From: a candidate division FCPU426 bacterium
GTDB taxonomy: Bacteria > Oederibacteriota > Muellerivitia > Muellerivitales > Muellerivitaceae
Reading direction: 5' to 3'
NCBI GenBank assembly: GCA_963847625.1
Contig: CAWKAR010000019.1
Span: forward strand, 32,001-96,000
Length of the DNA: 64,000 nucleotides
The position numbers and the translations under genes were made by a program. The first letter of the stretch is position 1, and the number at the start of each line of letters is the position of its first letter. Below are positions 33,046-41,610 of the stretch, piece after piece. A model generated the notes under the pieces. It was given only the letters and a program-made list of their open reading frames with translations. It did no database searches and was not told where the DNA came from.

Positions 33046-33578
33046 ACGGATTCGCCTTTAGTTTTTTCAAAAAGTATAAGTGTTTTATGCGTTCGTTGAA
33101 ACGAAATTCAATGTAAATATTTTTCCCGGGATTGCCCTTTACCTATGCGCTGCTAAAGGAACAAATTGGATTCCTTGCGCGCACTTAAGGCTGTGGCACA
33201 CGAAATTTTTTGAACAGGGTTATTTATTCAGCCACTTTAAATTTAAAAAGGATTCAACCGCCATTTAAGTAGGTCGTTTTTTAAAATGCCTTCGAATTTT
33301 AGGCGATTTAACTCAAGACTTTCACCCGTTTCATTCCCTAATTTAACCAACTTTTCCTCTTTTGGGGGATACCGCATAGCTGTTACCAGATTAAAAGATA
33401 ATTAAAGAAGCTTCCCGGTTGGGATAATGGTTATAATATGGTTAGTTTGGTAGTTCATTCCTTCACTCATCTTTATACCCACCGCCAGGAAGTCATTTTA
33501 CTGGCTTCAAAACCAAGAAATTGTTAATCAGGTACTGTTGCAGATTAAATCTTTCACTACTTCTTTGGTTTGAGTTAG

Positions 33579-33863
33579 GTGCAAATGAAAATTACCCAAA
33601 AAGTAAAAATCACCAACCGATTAGGCCTTCACTTGAGGGCTTTGGCTGAGTTGGTTAAGACAACCGGCAGGTTCAAGTGCCGTATTCTGGTCAAAAACGG
33701 CAACAGCCGCTTGGACGCAAAAAGCCTTATAAATCTTCTGAAATTGGCCGCATCCTACAGGCAGGAACTCACTTTGTCGTTCCAGGGGGAGGATGCGGGC
33801 GAAGCCTGGAGGGCTGTCCGGGATTTGTTCCTTAACAAATTGGGAGAAAAGGAATATTCTTAG
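33579..33863 (+). CDS. ptsH: HPr-family phosphocarrier
   Basis: GLHLRA (His15 site) and DAKSL (Ser46 site). Confidence 0.85.
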   Translation: MQMKITQKVKITNRLGLHLRALAELVKTTGRFKCRILVKNGNSRLDAKSLINLLKLAASYRQELTLSFQGEDAGEAWRAVRDLFLNKLGEKEYS

Positions 33864-33890
33864 CTGTGCCTATTCCAGTAAGGGGGCAAC

Positions 33891-34247
33891 ATGCCTGAAG
33901 GGAATATTTTCGTTGAAAAGCGGACCCACCCGCGGGTTGCGGAAAAAATTCCAATAAAATATTACATTTTCGAAGACCCCATTCAGGAATGTATCAAAAG
34001 GGAAAAAAACTCACAAAGCCTGGATTTGAGTCTGGGCGGGCTCTATCTTAAAGCGGACCAAGACTTGAAAGTCGGCACGATCCTGCGTCTTAATATCACC
34101 TTGCCGACCATGACCGAATTAATACCAACATTTGCGGAGGTGGTTTGGGTCAGCCCCAAAGGGGCAGGCCTTCACTTCCTGGTCATGTCCGAGGACGACG
34201 AGACAGCCTTGAAGGCCTATATATCAAAAAAGATGGACAAGAAATAA
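33891..34247 (+). CDS. Stand-alone PilZ-domain protein
   Basis: RxxxR (EKRTHPRV) and DxSxxG (DLSLGG). Confidence 0.9.
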   Translation: MPEGNIFVEKRTHPRVAEKIPIKYYIFEDPIQECIKREKNSQSLDLSLGGLYLKADQDLKVGTILRLNITLPTMTELIPTFAEVVWVSPKGAGLHFLVMSEDDETALKAYISKKMDKK

Positions 34248-34388
34248 CCAAAATCCCCTCAAAATACCCAAATAATCCCTTCACGGAACCCCTTATTAAA
34301 TTCTAAAAACTTTTTCCATGCCGGAAAATTCCATTTATAATCTCACTCTATCTTTGAGCCGTCATCTTAGCCGTCAAAGGATCATGCT

Positions 34389-35687
34389 ATGAGTACCGCC
34401 ATGCGCTTCGACCTTACACAAAAGGACATCCCCACCCACTGGTATAACATTCTCCCGGACTTTCCCACCCCGCTTCCTCCGCCGCTTCATCCCGGCACCA
34501 AGCAGCCAGTGACGCCCGATATGCTGACGGCCATTTTCCCGGAAAACCTGGTGATGCAGGAGATGAGCCCTGAAAACCGCGTCGCCATACCCGAGGAAGT
34601 GCGCGACATTTATACCCTGTGGCGGCCCACTCCCCTGCTCAGGGCCGTGCGCTTTGAGAAAGCGCTTGATACGCCCGCCCACATTTACTACAAGAACGAG
34701 GGCGTCTCCCCGGCCGGTTCCCACAAGCCTAATACCGCCGTGGCCCAGGCTTATTACAACAAGAAAGCCGGAACCAAGCGCATCGCCACGGAGACCGGCG
34801 CGGGCCAATGGGGCTCGGCGCTGGCCTTGGCCTGCAAACTCTTCGGCATCGAATGCCGCGTTTACATGGTGAGGGTGAGTTTCGACCAGAAGCCTTACCG
34901 GAAACTTATGATGCAGACCTGGGGTGCCACGGTTTTCCCCTCTCCCAGCAAGGAAACCGAGTTCGGCCGCAAAATATTGGCCAAGGACCCCAAGTGCCCG
35001 GGCAGTCTTGGCATGGCCATTTCCGAGGCCATCGAGGACACGGTCAAGACGCCCAATACCAAGTACTCCCTGGGCTCGGTCTTGAACCACGTCTGCATGC
35101 ACCAGACCGTCATCGGTCAGGAAGCCCTCAAGCAGATGGAATTGGCGGGCGAGTATCCGGATGTGGTCGTTGGCTGCGCCGGGGGCGGGTCGAACTTCGC
35201 CGGCATCTCCTTCCCCTTCGTGGAGCAAAACCTGAAAAAAGGCAAGAAAGCCCGGATCGTGGCGGTCGAGCCCTCCTCCTGTCCCTCCATGACCAAGGGC
35301 GAGTACAAGTACGACTTTGGCGACACGGCCATGACCACGCCCTTGCTGAAGATGTACACGCTGGGCGCGGATTTCATTCCGCCGCCCATCCACGCCGGAG
35401 GCCTTCGTTACCACGCCATGGCGCCGACCGTGAGCCACCTGCTGGGCCTGAAGCTCATCGAAGCCGCGGCTTATCCCCAGGACGAGATCTTCAAGGCGGG
35501 CCTATTGTTCGCGCATACCGAGGGCATCATCCCGGCGCCTGAGTCCTCCCACGCCATCGCCCATGTGGTGAATGAAGCCGCGGCCGCCAAGAAGGAGGGA
35601 AAGAAGCGCGTCATCATCTTCAACCTCTCGGGTCACGGGCTTTTGGACCTGACGGCCTTTGACGCCTACATGAGCAACAAGCTTTAA
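34389..35687 (+). CDS. trpB2: Tryptophan synthase beta chain type 2 (TrpB2)
   Basis: [11 protein letters not shown] lysine, [14 protein letters not shown] and IHAGGLRYH motifs; no trpA in the window. Confidence 0.93.
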   Translation: MSTAMRFDLTQKDIPTHWYNILPDFPTPLPPPLHPGTKQPVTPDMLTAIFPENLVMQEMSPENRVAIPEEVRDIYTLWRPTPLLRAVRFEKALDTPAHIYYKNEGVSPAGSHKPNTAVAQAYYNKKAGTKRIATETGAGQWGSALALACKLFGIECRVYMVRVSFDQKPYRKLMMQTWGATVFPSPSKETEFGRKILAKDPKCPGSLGMAISEAIEDTVKTPNTKYSLGSVLNHVCMHQTVIGQEALKQMELAGEYPDVVVGCAGGGSNFAGISFPFVEQNLKKGKKARIVAVEPSSCPSMTKGEYKYDFGDTAMTTPLLKMYTLGADFIPPPIHAGGLRYHAMAPTVSHLLGLKLIEAAAYPQDEIFKAGLLFAHTEGIIPAPESSHAIAHVVNEAAAAKKEGKKRVIIFNLSGHGLLDLTAFDAYMSNKL

Positions 35688-35782
35688 CCAACAAACGGAA
35701 GCAGCCGCAAATTGGCATATGTCCACTGGAAAGGCAAAGCCGTTCCCTCCCATGATTTTCGTTTGTGGGGAAATAAAAAAAA

Positions 35783-35892
35783 GGGATAACAGTCAAGGGA
35801 CGACCCTTAGGGTCGCCACTTAGGCGGGGCATTGAACCCTGCCCAAGTACACGGCTAGGCCCCCGGGCTTGCTCGGGGCCTTGGCAGCCGGT
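35783..35892 (+). ncRNA. Candidate structured RNA or repeat element (three hairpins) in the leader of the 35926 gene
   Basis: Hairpins CGACCC/GGGTCG, ACTTAGGCGGGG/CCCTGCCCAAGT and CGGCT..AGGCCCC/GGGGCCT..AGCCG; related copy at 63938-64000. Confidence 0.4.
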
Positions 35893-35925
35893 AAAAGTTC
35901 GTTTTAATTTATTAAGGGGAAAGCT

Positions 35926-36615
35926 ATGAAAAAAGCAATTTTATGTTTGGCTGTTGGTTTAGCCGTTCTTTGGGTTGCCGGACCCTTGGGCGCCGCGGGA
36001 AGTTTCGAGGGCACTCTGGACGTTAATATCACGACCGCGAACGGGAAGGTCCTCCCGGCGCTCTATTATGTGAAAGAGGCGAAGTTCCGGCAGGATATGA
36101 CGGTAGGAAGGCAATACACGATCACCCTCCTACAGGCGGCCTCCAAAGCGGTGACCATCCTCATGCCCAATCAAAAACTTTACAATGTCATGTCCCTGCC
36201 GGATCAAAAGAAGGCTAAGAAAAGCCTGGATATGAAGATCACCAAGACGGGCAACACCCAGGAAATTCTAGGAAAAACCTGCGAGGAATGGACCTGCGAC
36301 TCGAAATACGGCCAATCTTCCATTTATGGCACGAAGAGAATGGGGAAATTCATGAACATGAACAACGGCGAGGACGCTTGGTCCTTCATCCAAAAAGAGA
36401 ACCTGTTTCCCCTGAAGGTGGTGACCAAACTGAAAAATAACAGGGCTACCACCTGGGAAGTCACGAAGATCACGGAAAAATCCCTGGATGATAGTCTCTT
36501 CGCGGTTCCGGAAGGTTACAAGAAAATGACGGGTATCGAGGATATGGGCAAATCCATCCAAGCCCCCAGCGGGGATGACGCCATGAAAGCCTTGAAAAAC
36601 AAGCTTCCTTTCTAA
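35926..36615 (+). CDS. Exported DUF4412-like protein
   Basis: Signal peptide; TGNTQEILGKTCEEW and LDDSLFAVPEGYKK motifs. Confidence 0.8.
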   Translation: MKKAILCLAVGLAVLWVAGPLGAAGSFEGTLDVNITTANGKVLPALYYVKEAKFRQDMTVGRQYTITLLQAASKAVTILMPNQKLYNVMSLPDQKKAKKSLDMKITKTGNTQEILGKTCEEWTCDSKYGQSSIYGTKRMGKFMNMNNGEDAWSFIQKENLFPLKVVTKLKNNRATTWEVTKITEKSLDDSLFAVPEGYKKMTGIEDMGKSIQAPSGDDAMKALKNKLPF

Positions 36616-36631
36616 GCCTCCTCACAACATA

Positions 36632-36670
36632 AAAAAAATAAAGCCCCAATTTTCGAGGCTTTATTTTTTT
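36632..36670. terminator. Bidirectional rho-independent terminator between convergent genes
   Basis: AAAAAAATAAAGCC ... GGCTTTATTTTTTT. Confidence 0.75.
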
Positions 36671-36689
36671 CGGAAAAAGAAATTTCGAC

Positions 36690-36866
36690 TCAGGATTTCG
36701 CTAAAAGCTCCCGCACCCGGGCCGCTTCCTCGGGTTTGAGGTTGATCTTGTTGCCGTCCAGCAAGACCACCTCGTTCACGTTCTTCGCTTCCCTCAAAAG
36801 GATCACTTGGTCAGAATTGATGGTGTAAACTACCCCGACCGCGTCCGTTACATTTAAAAAAGCCAT
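36690..36866 (-). CDS. Small 58-aa protein, weakly FlbD/SwrD-like
   Basis: Manual translation MAFLNVTDAVGVVYTINSDQVILLREAKNVNEVVLLDGNKINLKPEEAARVRELLAKS; AAGGGGG RBS; shorter than anything listed in the ORF track. Confidence 0.7.
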   Translation of the reverse strand: MAFLNVTDAVGVVYTINSDQVILLREAKNVNEVVLLDGNKINLKPEEAARVRELLAKS

Positions 36867-36950
36867 GGATACCCCCTTCGGGTGATGGATTCCAACACGT
36901 CTGATAACAGGGGTTAGTATACCTGAAGTGTCTTCCCGCGCGTTGTCAGC

Positions 36951-37412
36951 CTAATCGGCCTTGAATTCCCGGGCCACCTGGTCCAAGTAATTCCCCAATT
37001 GGGCCGTTAATACATCGGATAAACCCCTTCGGGGGCATACTTCCGCCGGCTCGAACCCGAAAATCACCATTTCCTCGGCGGTCTCCCCCAGCATCTTGGC
37101 GGTTTCCAGCATCTCGAAGAGGTCCCCTTCGTGCAGGGACAATCTCGGTAGGACCTTTTCTGTTTTTACTTGGGATGGCAGGAAGCGGCGGAACTCGCCG
37201 GGCTTGAGGCCCATCAGCGCGCAATCCAGGAAAACCACCTTGCGGCGGCCTCGGAGGGTGTGAAGGGCGGAAAGGATGGAACCAGCCGAATCCAGGAGGT
37301 CGACGGAAGGGGGAAGAATACCGGTATCGCGAAGGCGTTCCAGGAGCGTTGGCCCCACACCCTCATCTCCCATCAGTGGGTTTCCGAGGGCCACCACCGC
37401 ATCGCGCTTCAT
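36951..37412 (-). CDS. Hydrogenase maturation protease
   Basis: LGNPLMGDEGVG, VFLDCA and SLHE motifs. Confidence 0.93.
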   Translation of the reverse strand: MKRDAVVALGNPLMGDEGVGPTLLERLRDTGILPPSVDLLDSAGSILSALHTLRGRRKVVFLDCALMGLKPGEFRRFLPSQVKTEKVLPRLSLHEGDLFEMLETAKMLGETAEEMVIFGFEPAEVCPRRGLSDVLTAQLGNYLDQVAREFKAD

Positions 37413-37419
37413 GGAAGAG

Positions 37420-38718
37420 TCAGACGAAGGACACCTCGAGGAAGTGGGTGGAGCAGGATACGCAGGGATCGTAGGACCTCACCAGCATCTCGAGGCGTTG
37501 GCGGATGTCGTCCTGGCTCAGGTCCAGGATGGACGGAACCAGGGCCTCCACGTCCTTCTGGAGGTTCCCGTGGTTCTGGTTGGTGGGGATACAGACGTTG
37601 GCCGCGGTGCAGATCCCCTTTTCGTCGAACACGTAGCGGTGGAATAGGATGCCCCGGGGAGCCTCCACGGCGGAAGCGCCGTTGCCCGCCTTGGGCTTCA
37701 CGGGAACGCGCTCGGCCTTGATCTTCCGGCCCAGGAGCATGTCCAGGATCTTCAGCGATTCCTCGATGACATGGGCGGTCTCCACCAATTGGACGACGGT
37801 GTTCAGGTAGGGGTTGGTCAATTTTTCGCCCAAGCCGAACATGGCGGCCCACTTCTTGGCCAGGGGGGAAAGCTCGTTCTTGTTCAGGTTGTAGCGGGCC
37901 AGGGCGCCCACCGAGTAGGCGTCGCGGTGCCAGCGGGCCCATTTCGCGGTGGATTGGGGCGTCACGTACTCGTTGGCCACGGACTCGAATTTGGCCGCGG
38001 GAGTCGTTCCCTTCGCGTCGGAAGTAGCGATTTCCCCGTCGTACATGGCGTATTGTCCCGGCTTGCTCAGGGCGATATATTCGGTATCCCGCTCAAAGGA
38101 CGGCAGGTTGCCGGCGACGCTCAGGACCACCTCGGCCACTTCCTGGGCCGGGGCCACGAGGGAGGCGATCGTCTTGCGCAGGCTTTCCAACTGGGCCGTC
38201 GTGGGGATCTTGGTGAATCCGCCCGGCACCAGGGTGACGGGGTGGGTGGTTCTTCCGGCCAAAAGGTCGGACCACTCATTGGCCGCGCGGTGCAGGCCCA
38301 CAATTTTTTTCACGACTTCCAGGTGGCTCGAAACGAGCGGTACCACCGATTTCACACCCAAAAGGTCCGGTGCCACCAGGTAACCCACGTGCAGGACGTG
38401 GCTCTGGACCATCTCGGAGTAGTGTGTCAGGGTCCGAAGCAGTTTCACGTCCTCGGATAATTCCACGCCGAGCGCGTCCTCCACGGCCTTGATGGCGGCC
38501 ATGGAATGGCTGATGGAACAGATGCCGCAGATCCGGGAGACGACCTCCTGGATCTCGTCCCACCTGCGGCCGCGAACCATGGCCTCGAAAAAGCGGGGTG
38601 CCTCGGGGACCTGCCATTCGGCCTTGATGACCCGGCCGTCGGCGGCCTTCACCACGAGGTTTCCGTGTCCCTCGATGCGTGTGACATGGTGGACTTCCAG
38701 GTTCAGGGTCTTAGGCAT
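37420..38718 (-). CDS. hydA: Group 3b-type [NiFe]-hydrogenase large (alpha) subunit
   Basis: TRIEGHG, RICGIC, EAPRG and DPCVSCSTH plus a short cleavable tail. Confidence 0.95.
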   Translation of the reverse strand: MPKTLNLEVHHVTRIEGHGNLVVKAADGRVIKAEWQVPEAPRFFEAMVRGRRWDEIQEVVSRICGICSISHSMAAIKAVEDALGVELSEDVKLLRTLTHYSEMVQSHVLHVGYLVAPDLLGVKSVVPLVSSHLEVVKKIVGLHRAANEWSDLLAGRTTHPVTLVPGGFTKIPTTAQLESLRKTIASLVAPAQEVAEVVLSVAGNLPSFERDTEYIALSKPGQYAMYDGEIATSDAKGTTPAAKFESVANEYVTPQSTAKWARWHRDAYSVGALARYNLNKNELSPLAKKWAAMFGLGEKLTNPYLNTVVQLVETAHVIEESLKILDMLLGRKIKAERVPVKPKAGNGASAVEAPRGILFHRYVFDEKGICTAANVCIPTNQNHGNLQKDVEALVPSILDLSQDDIRQRLEMLVRSYDPCVSCSTHFLEVSFV

Positions 38719-39463
38719 GGGTGGGCTCCTTGTAGGGCTTGAGGAAAATTTCCATCTTGCTGTCCAGGTCGGCGCGGGTCAGCCCGTAGAGAGCCGTTGA
38801 GGCGGCCAATCCCTCGGGGTTGGCGTCCTCGGAGTATCCGCGGCAGGCCACGCAAACTCCGCCCTTGGAAGTGCAGGCGGCATCGCAGCCGGCCCGCGCG
38901 AGGGGACCCAGACAGACTTCCCCTAACGTCCAGCGGCAGGCGACTTCCTTCAGGCGGCATTCCACGCAGACCGAGTAGCTGGGAATGAAGGGTTCCCTTC
39001 CCAGCAGGAGGCACTTCACGATATAGACGAGTTCCTTGCCCGAGATCGGGCAGCCCCGGACCGAGTAATCCACCTTCACGATTTCCCCGACCCCCTGGGT
39101 GGGGGCCGTGGCCAGCTGGCCCATGGTTGCGTCCTTGCCGTAAACCACGCGGCGTACCTCGTTCAAGTCGAATTGGTTCTTGAGGCGGTTTACCCCGCCG
39201 TCGATGGCGCAGGCCCCGAGCGCGATGAGGATCTTGGAGCGCTCCCGGATCTTCCTGAGTTTTTCAGCGTCCTGCGGCCTAGTGATGGAACCCTCGATGA
39301 TGGCGATGTCGTAAGTCTCGCTTTGCTCGGACATGGCTTCCCGCCATTCCACGACATCCGTGACTTGAAGCAGGTCCAACAGGGCCTCCTCCAGGTTCAC
39401 CACCTGGAGCTGGCATCCCTCGCAGCAGGCGAAATCAAATATGGCGATCTTGGGTTTGGACAT
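38711..39463 (-). CDS. hydD: Group 3b-type hydrogenase small (delta) subunit
   Basis: CCEGC, GACA, GCP, CVEC, CLGP and CVACRG motifs. Confidence 0.92.
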   Translation of the reverse strand: MSKPKIAIFDFACCEGCQLQVVNLEEALLDLLQVTDVVEWREAMSEQSETYDIAIIEGSITRPQDAEKLRKIRERSKILIALGACAIDGGVNRLKNQFDLNEVRRVVYGKDATMGQLATAPTQGVGEIVKVDYSVRGCPISGKELVYIVKCLLLGREPFIPSYSVCVECRLKEVACRWTLGEVCLGPLARAGCDAACTSKGGVCVACRGYSEDANPEGLAASTALYGLTRADLDSKMEIFLKPYKEPTHA

Positions 39464-40326
39464 TAGATGGCCTCCGGAAAGTCGAGAAGATCCTTATAGG
39501 CGAACACCGGGCCCGCCTGGCAGACGTAAAGGCCGTTCATCTGGCAATGGCCGCATTTCCCGACGCCGCACTTCATGCGGCGCTCCAGGGAGACGTAGAT
39601 GTTTTGATTGGGCACCTGCAGGCGCCTCAACTCGCGGATGACGAATTTGTACATAATGGGAGGCCCGCAAATGACCGCCGTCCACTCCCCGGCCCCCAGG
39701 GTGAACTTGTTGAAGAGGGTGGTGATAAGGCCGACGTTTCCCTTCCAATCCGGAGTTCCCTGGTCTACGGTCTCCAAAAACTCCACGTCGTCCCTCTTGG
39801 CCCACTCCGCCAGATCGTCGGTGAAGAGCCGGTCCGCTGCCAAGCGGGTGCCGGACAAGATCACGACACGGGCGTAATTCTTGCGGTTCTTGAAGACCCA
39901 TTGGATGCCCGATCGCAGGGGCACCAGGCCGATGCCTCCTCCGATGAACATCACGTTCTTTCCCTTCAATTCCTTATCCACCGGGAAAACCGTGCCGAAG
40001 GGCCCGCGGATCCCCAGCTTGGCGCCGGGCTTCATTTTGTGGAGGGCCTGAGTGACGGTGCCCAGGCGGCGGATGACCATCTGGAAAACGCCCTTAATAG
40101 TGGGGGAGGAGGAAATCGAGATAGGGGCTTCCCCCATTCCCGGGACGGAGACTTCCACGAACTGGCCGGGCATGTGGCCAAGGTCCTTGCCGGAATCCAG
40201 CTTGACCTCGAAAAAGGTGTCCACCTGGGTCATGGGCTGGATGCGCACTAACGTAGCTGGCATGGGCAGGTACATGTCAGTCGACTTGGTTTGTTTTTTG
40301 CTCTTGGTGGCTGTGGGCATGGTCAT
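39463..40326 (-). CDS. hydG: FAD/NAD(P)-binding gamma subunit
   Basis: PGQF, RGPFG, GGGIGLVP, CGPP and MKCGVGKCGHC motifs; ATGA overlap with the beta subunit stop. Confidence 0.92.
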   Translation of the reverse strand: MTMPTATKSKKQTKSTDMYLPMPATLVRIQPMTQVDTFFEVKLDSGKDLGHMPGQFVEVSVPGMGEAPISISSSPTIKGVFQMVIRRLGTVTQALHKMKPGAKLGIRGPFGTVFPVDKELKGKNVMFIGGGIGLVPLRSGIQWVFKNRKNYARVVILSGTRLAADRLFTDDLAEWAKRDDVEFLETVDQGTPDWKGNVGLITTLFNKFTLGAGEWTAVICGPPIMYKFVIRELRRLQVPNQNIYVSLERRMKCGVGKCGHCQMNGLYVCQAGPVFAYKDLLDFPEAI

Positions 40327-41339
40327 TCCCCCCAAAGTTTATTGAAGACTTCCACTGGATTCGCGATCTTCGGGACGCAGGCAGTCACGCACCTTCCGCA
40401 TCCCACGCAAGATATGTCCCCGTTCATTTCCGGAAAGTACTTTGCCTTGTGGTAGAAACGGTGCCGGTAGCGTTCCATGGCGTTTTTGCGGAAATTGTGG
40501 TTCCCCGCCACCACCGCGAAATCCTTCAACTGGCATCCATCCCAACTCCGGCAGCGGGTTCCGCATTGGGCGTCCCATTCCGGCTCGTCCTGCACGTCGA
40601 AACAGTAGCAGGTGGGGCAAACGATGTTGCAGGCCCCGCAGGAAAGGCACAAAGCGGCTTTTTCCTTCCAGAGGGGGTGGTCGTAACTGCGTCCCAAAAG
40701 GTCCGGAAGATCCTGGGGAGCGCCTTTGAGTTGGTGTTTTTTCTGGGCTTTCTTATTGGCTTCCCACAGTTTCTTGCGTTCTTCCAGCTGTTCCTTGGTG
40801 GCACTCTTGACCGGCCCCATGGTTTTCATCAGGGCCTCGCCTTTCTTGGTCCTCGCCTCGGCCAGGTAACCTCCCGGAATCCGGGTCAGGAGAAGGTCCC
40901 CATCCTTCGTGACGGCCGTTCCCATGTAACCGGCGAAATTGTTCGCCGAGACCTTTTCCACGTCTAGAACTACGATCGTGCAGGCGTCCCGGCGGGCGGC
41001 GTAATGCGAGTCCTTATGCTGCTTCAGGTAGAAGTTGTCCGTTTGGGTGATGGCGGCCATGTCATAGGGGTGGACGCCGAACAGTACGAAAGGCTTGGTG
41101 TCGATCACGCTTTTATAGTTGGACCCTTTGTAGGTGAGAAGAACCTCATGGGGGGGAAGGAGGAATTTCTTGGGAGGAAGAACCGTGACGTCGTAATCCA
41201 GGCGCAGTTCGGAGGCCCGGGCGAGGGGCTCGAAGGTGAAAAGGCCCTCCTGCTCCACCGGAGCGATAACTGGCTGCTTCTTGCGAAGAGCATCCACCCA
41301 GGCGTTGAGAATATTGGAATCCAGTTTCTTGACGGCCAT
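40323..41339 (-). CDS. hydB: 4Fe-4S beta subunit (AsrA-like)
   Basis: CLSCGACNIVCPTCYCF and CVGCGRCVTAC; GGAGG RBS before ATG 41339 (the ORF-track start at 41882 is too long). Confidence 0.92.
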   Translation of the reverse strand: MAVKKLDSNILNAWVDALRKKQPVIAPVEQEGLFTFEPLARASELRLDYDVTVLPPKKFLLPPHEVLLTYKGSNYKSVIDTKPFVLFGVHPYDMAAITQTDNFYLKQHKDSHYAARRDACTIVVLDVEKVSANNFAGYMGTAVTKDGDLLLTRIPGGYLAEARTKKGEALMKTMGPVKSATKEQLEERKKLWEANKKAQKKHQLKGAPQDLPDLLGRSYDHPLWKEKAALCLSCGACNIVCPTCYCFDVQDEPEWDAQCGTRCRSWDGCQLKDFAVVAGNHNFRKNAMERYRHRFYHKAKYFPEMNGDISCVGCGRCVTACVPKIANPVEVFNKLWGE

Positions 41340-41412
41340 GGAGCCCTCCAAAGTGGAACCGCGACGGGGTTCGTTAAATGGAGGAAAATATAACATCCAA
41401 AACCCGTGATTA

Positions 41413-41430
41413 TTATGACTTGGGTCATAA
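41413..41430. promoter_or_regulatory. Perfect palindromic operator candidate upstream of the hydrogenase operon
   Basis: TTATGAC-TTGG-GTCATAA, a 7-4-7 layout like a Rex box. Confidence 0.5.
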
Positions 41431-41561
41431 GTTTTTCTTCCGACGGCGGGTTTTGTCCGAAAGTTTATTGGGTTGGATAATTTTTTGCGCCAGGGAAGTT
41501 GATGGTCGCGCTTTACAACCCCTGAAAAAGAAAACGACCTTACAGCATAAAACCAAAGAGT

Positions 41562-41575
41562 TTGATCTGTGTCAA
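41562..41575. promoter_or_regulatory. FNR/CRP-like box upstream of the hydrogenase operon
   Basis: TTGAT-CTGT-GTCAA, one mismatch to TTGAT-N4-ATCAA. Confidence 0.4.
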
Positions 41576-41610
41576 GCGCCGGCGCCAAGGATCGGGCGGA
41601 TGAATTCCTT

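Noticed and set aside
34374..41393. Overlapping alternative-frame ORFs across trpB2 and the hydrogenase genes
   Set aside because: High-GC shadow ORFs with no motifs, overlapping well-supported genes.
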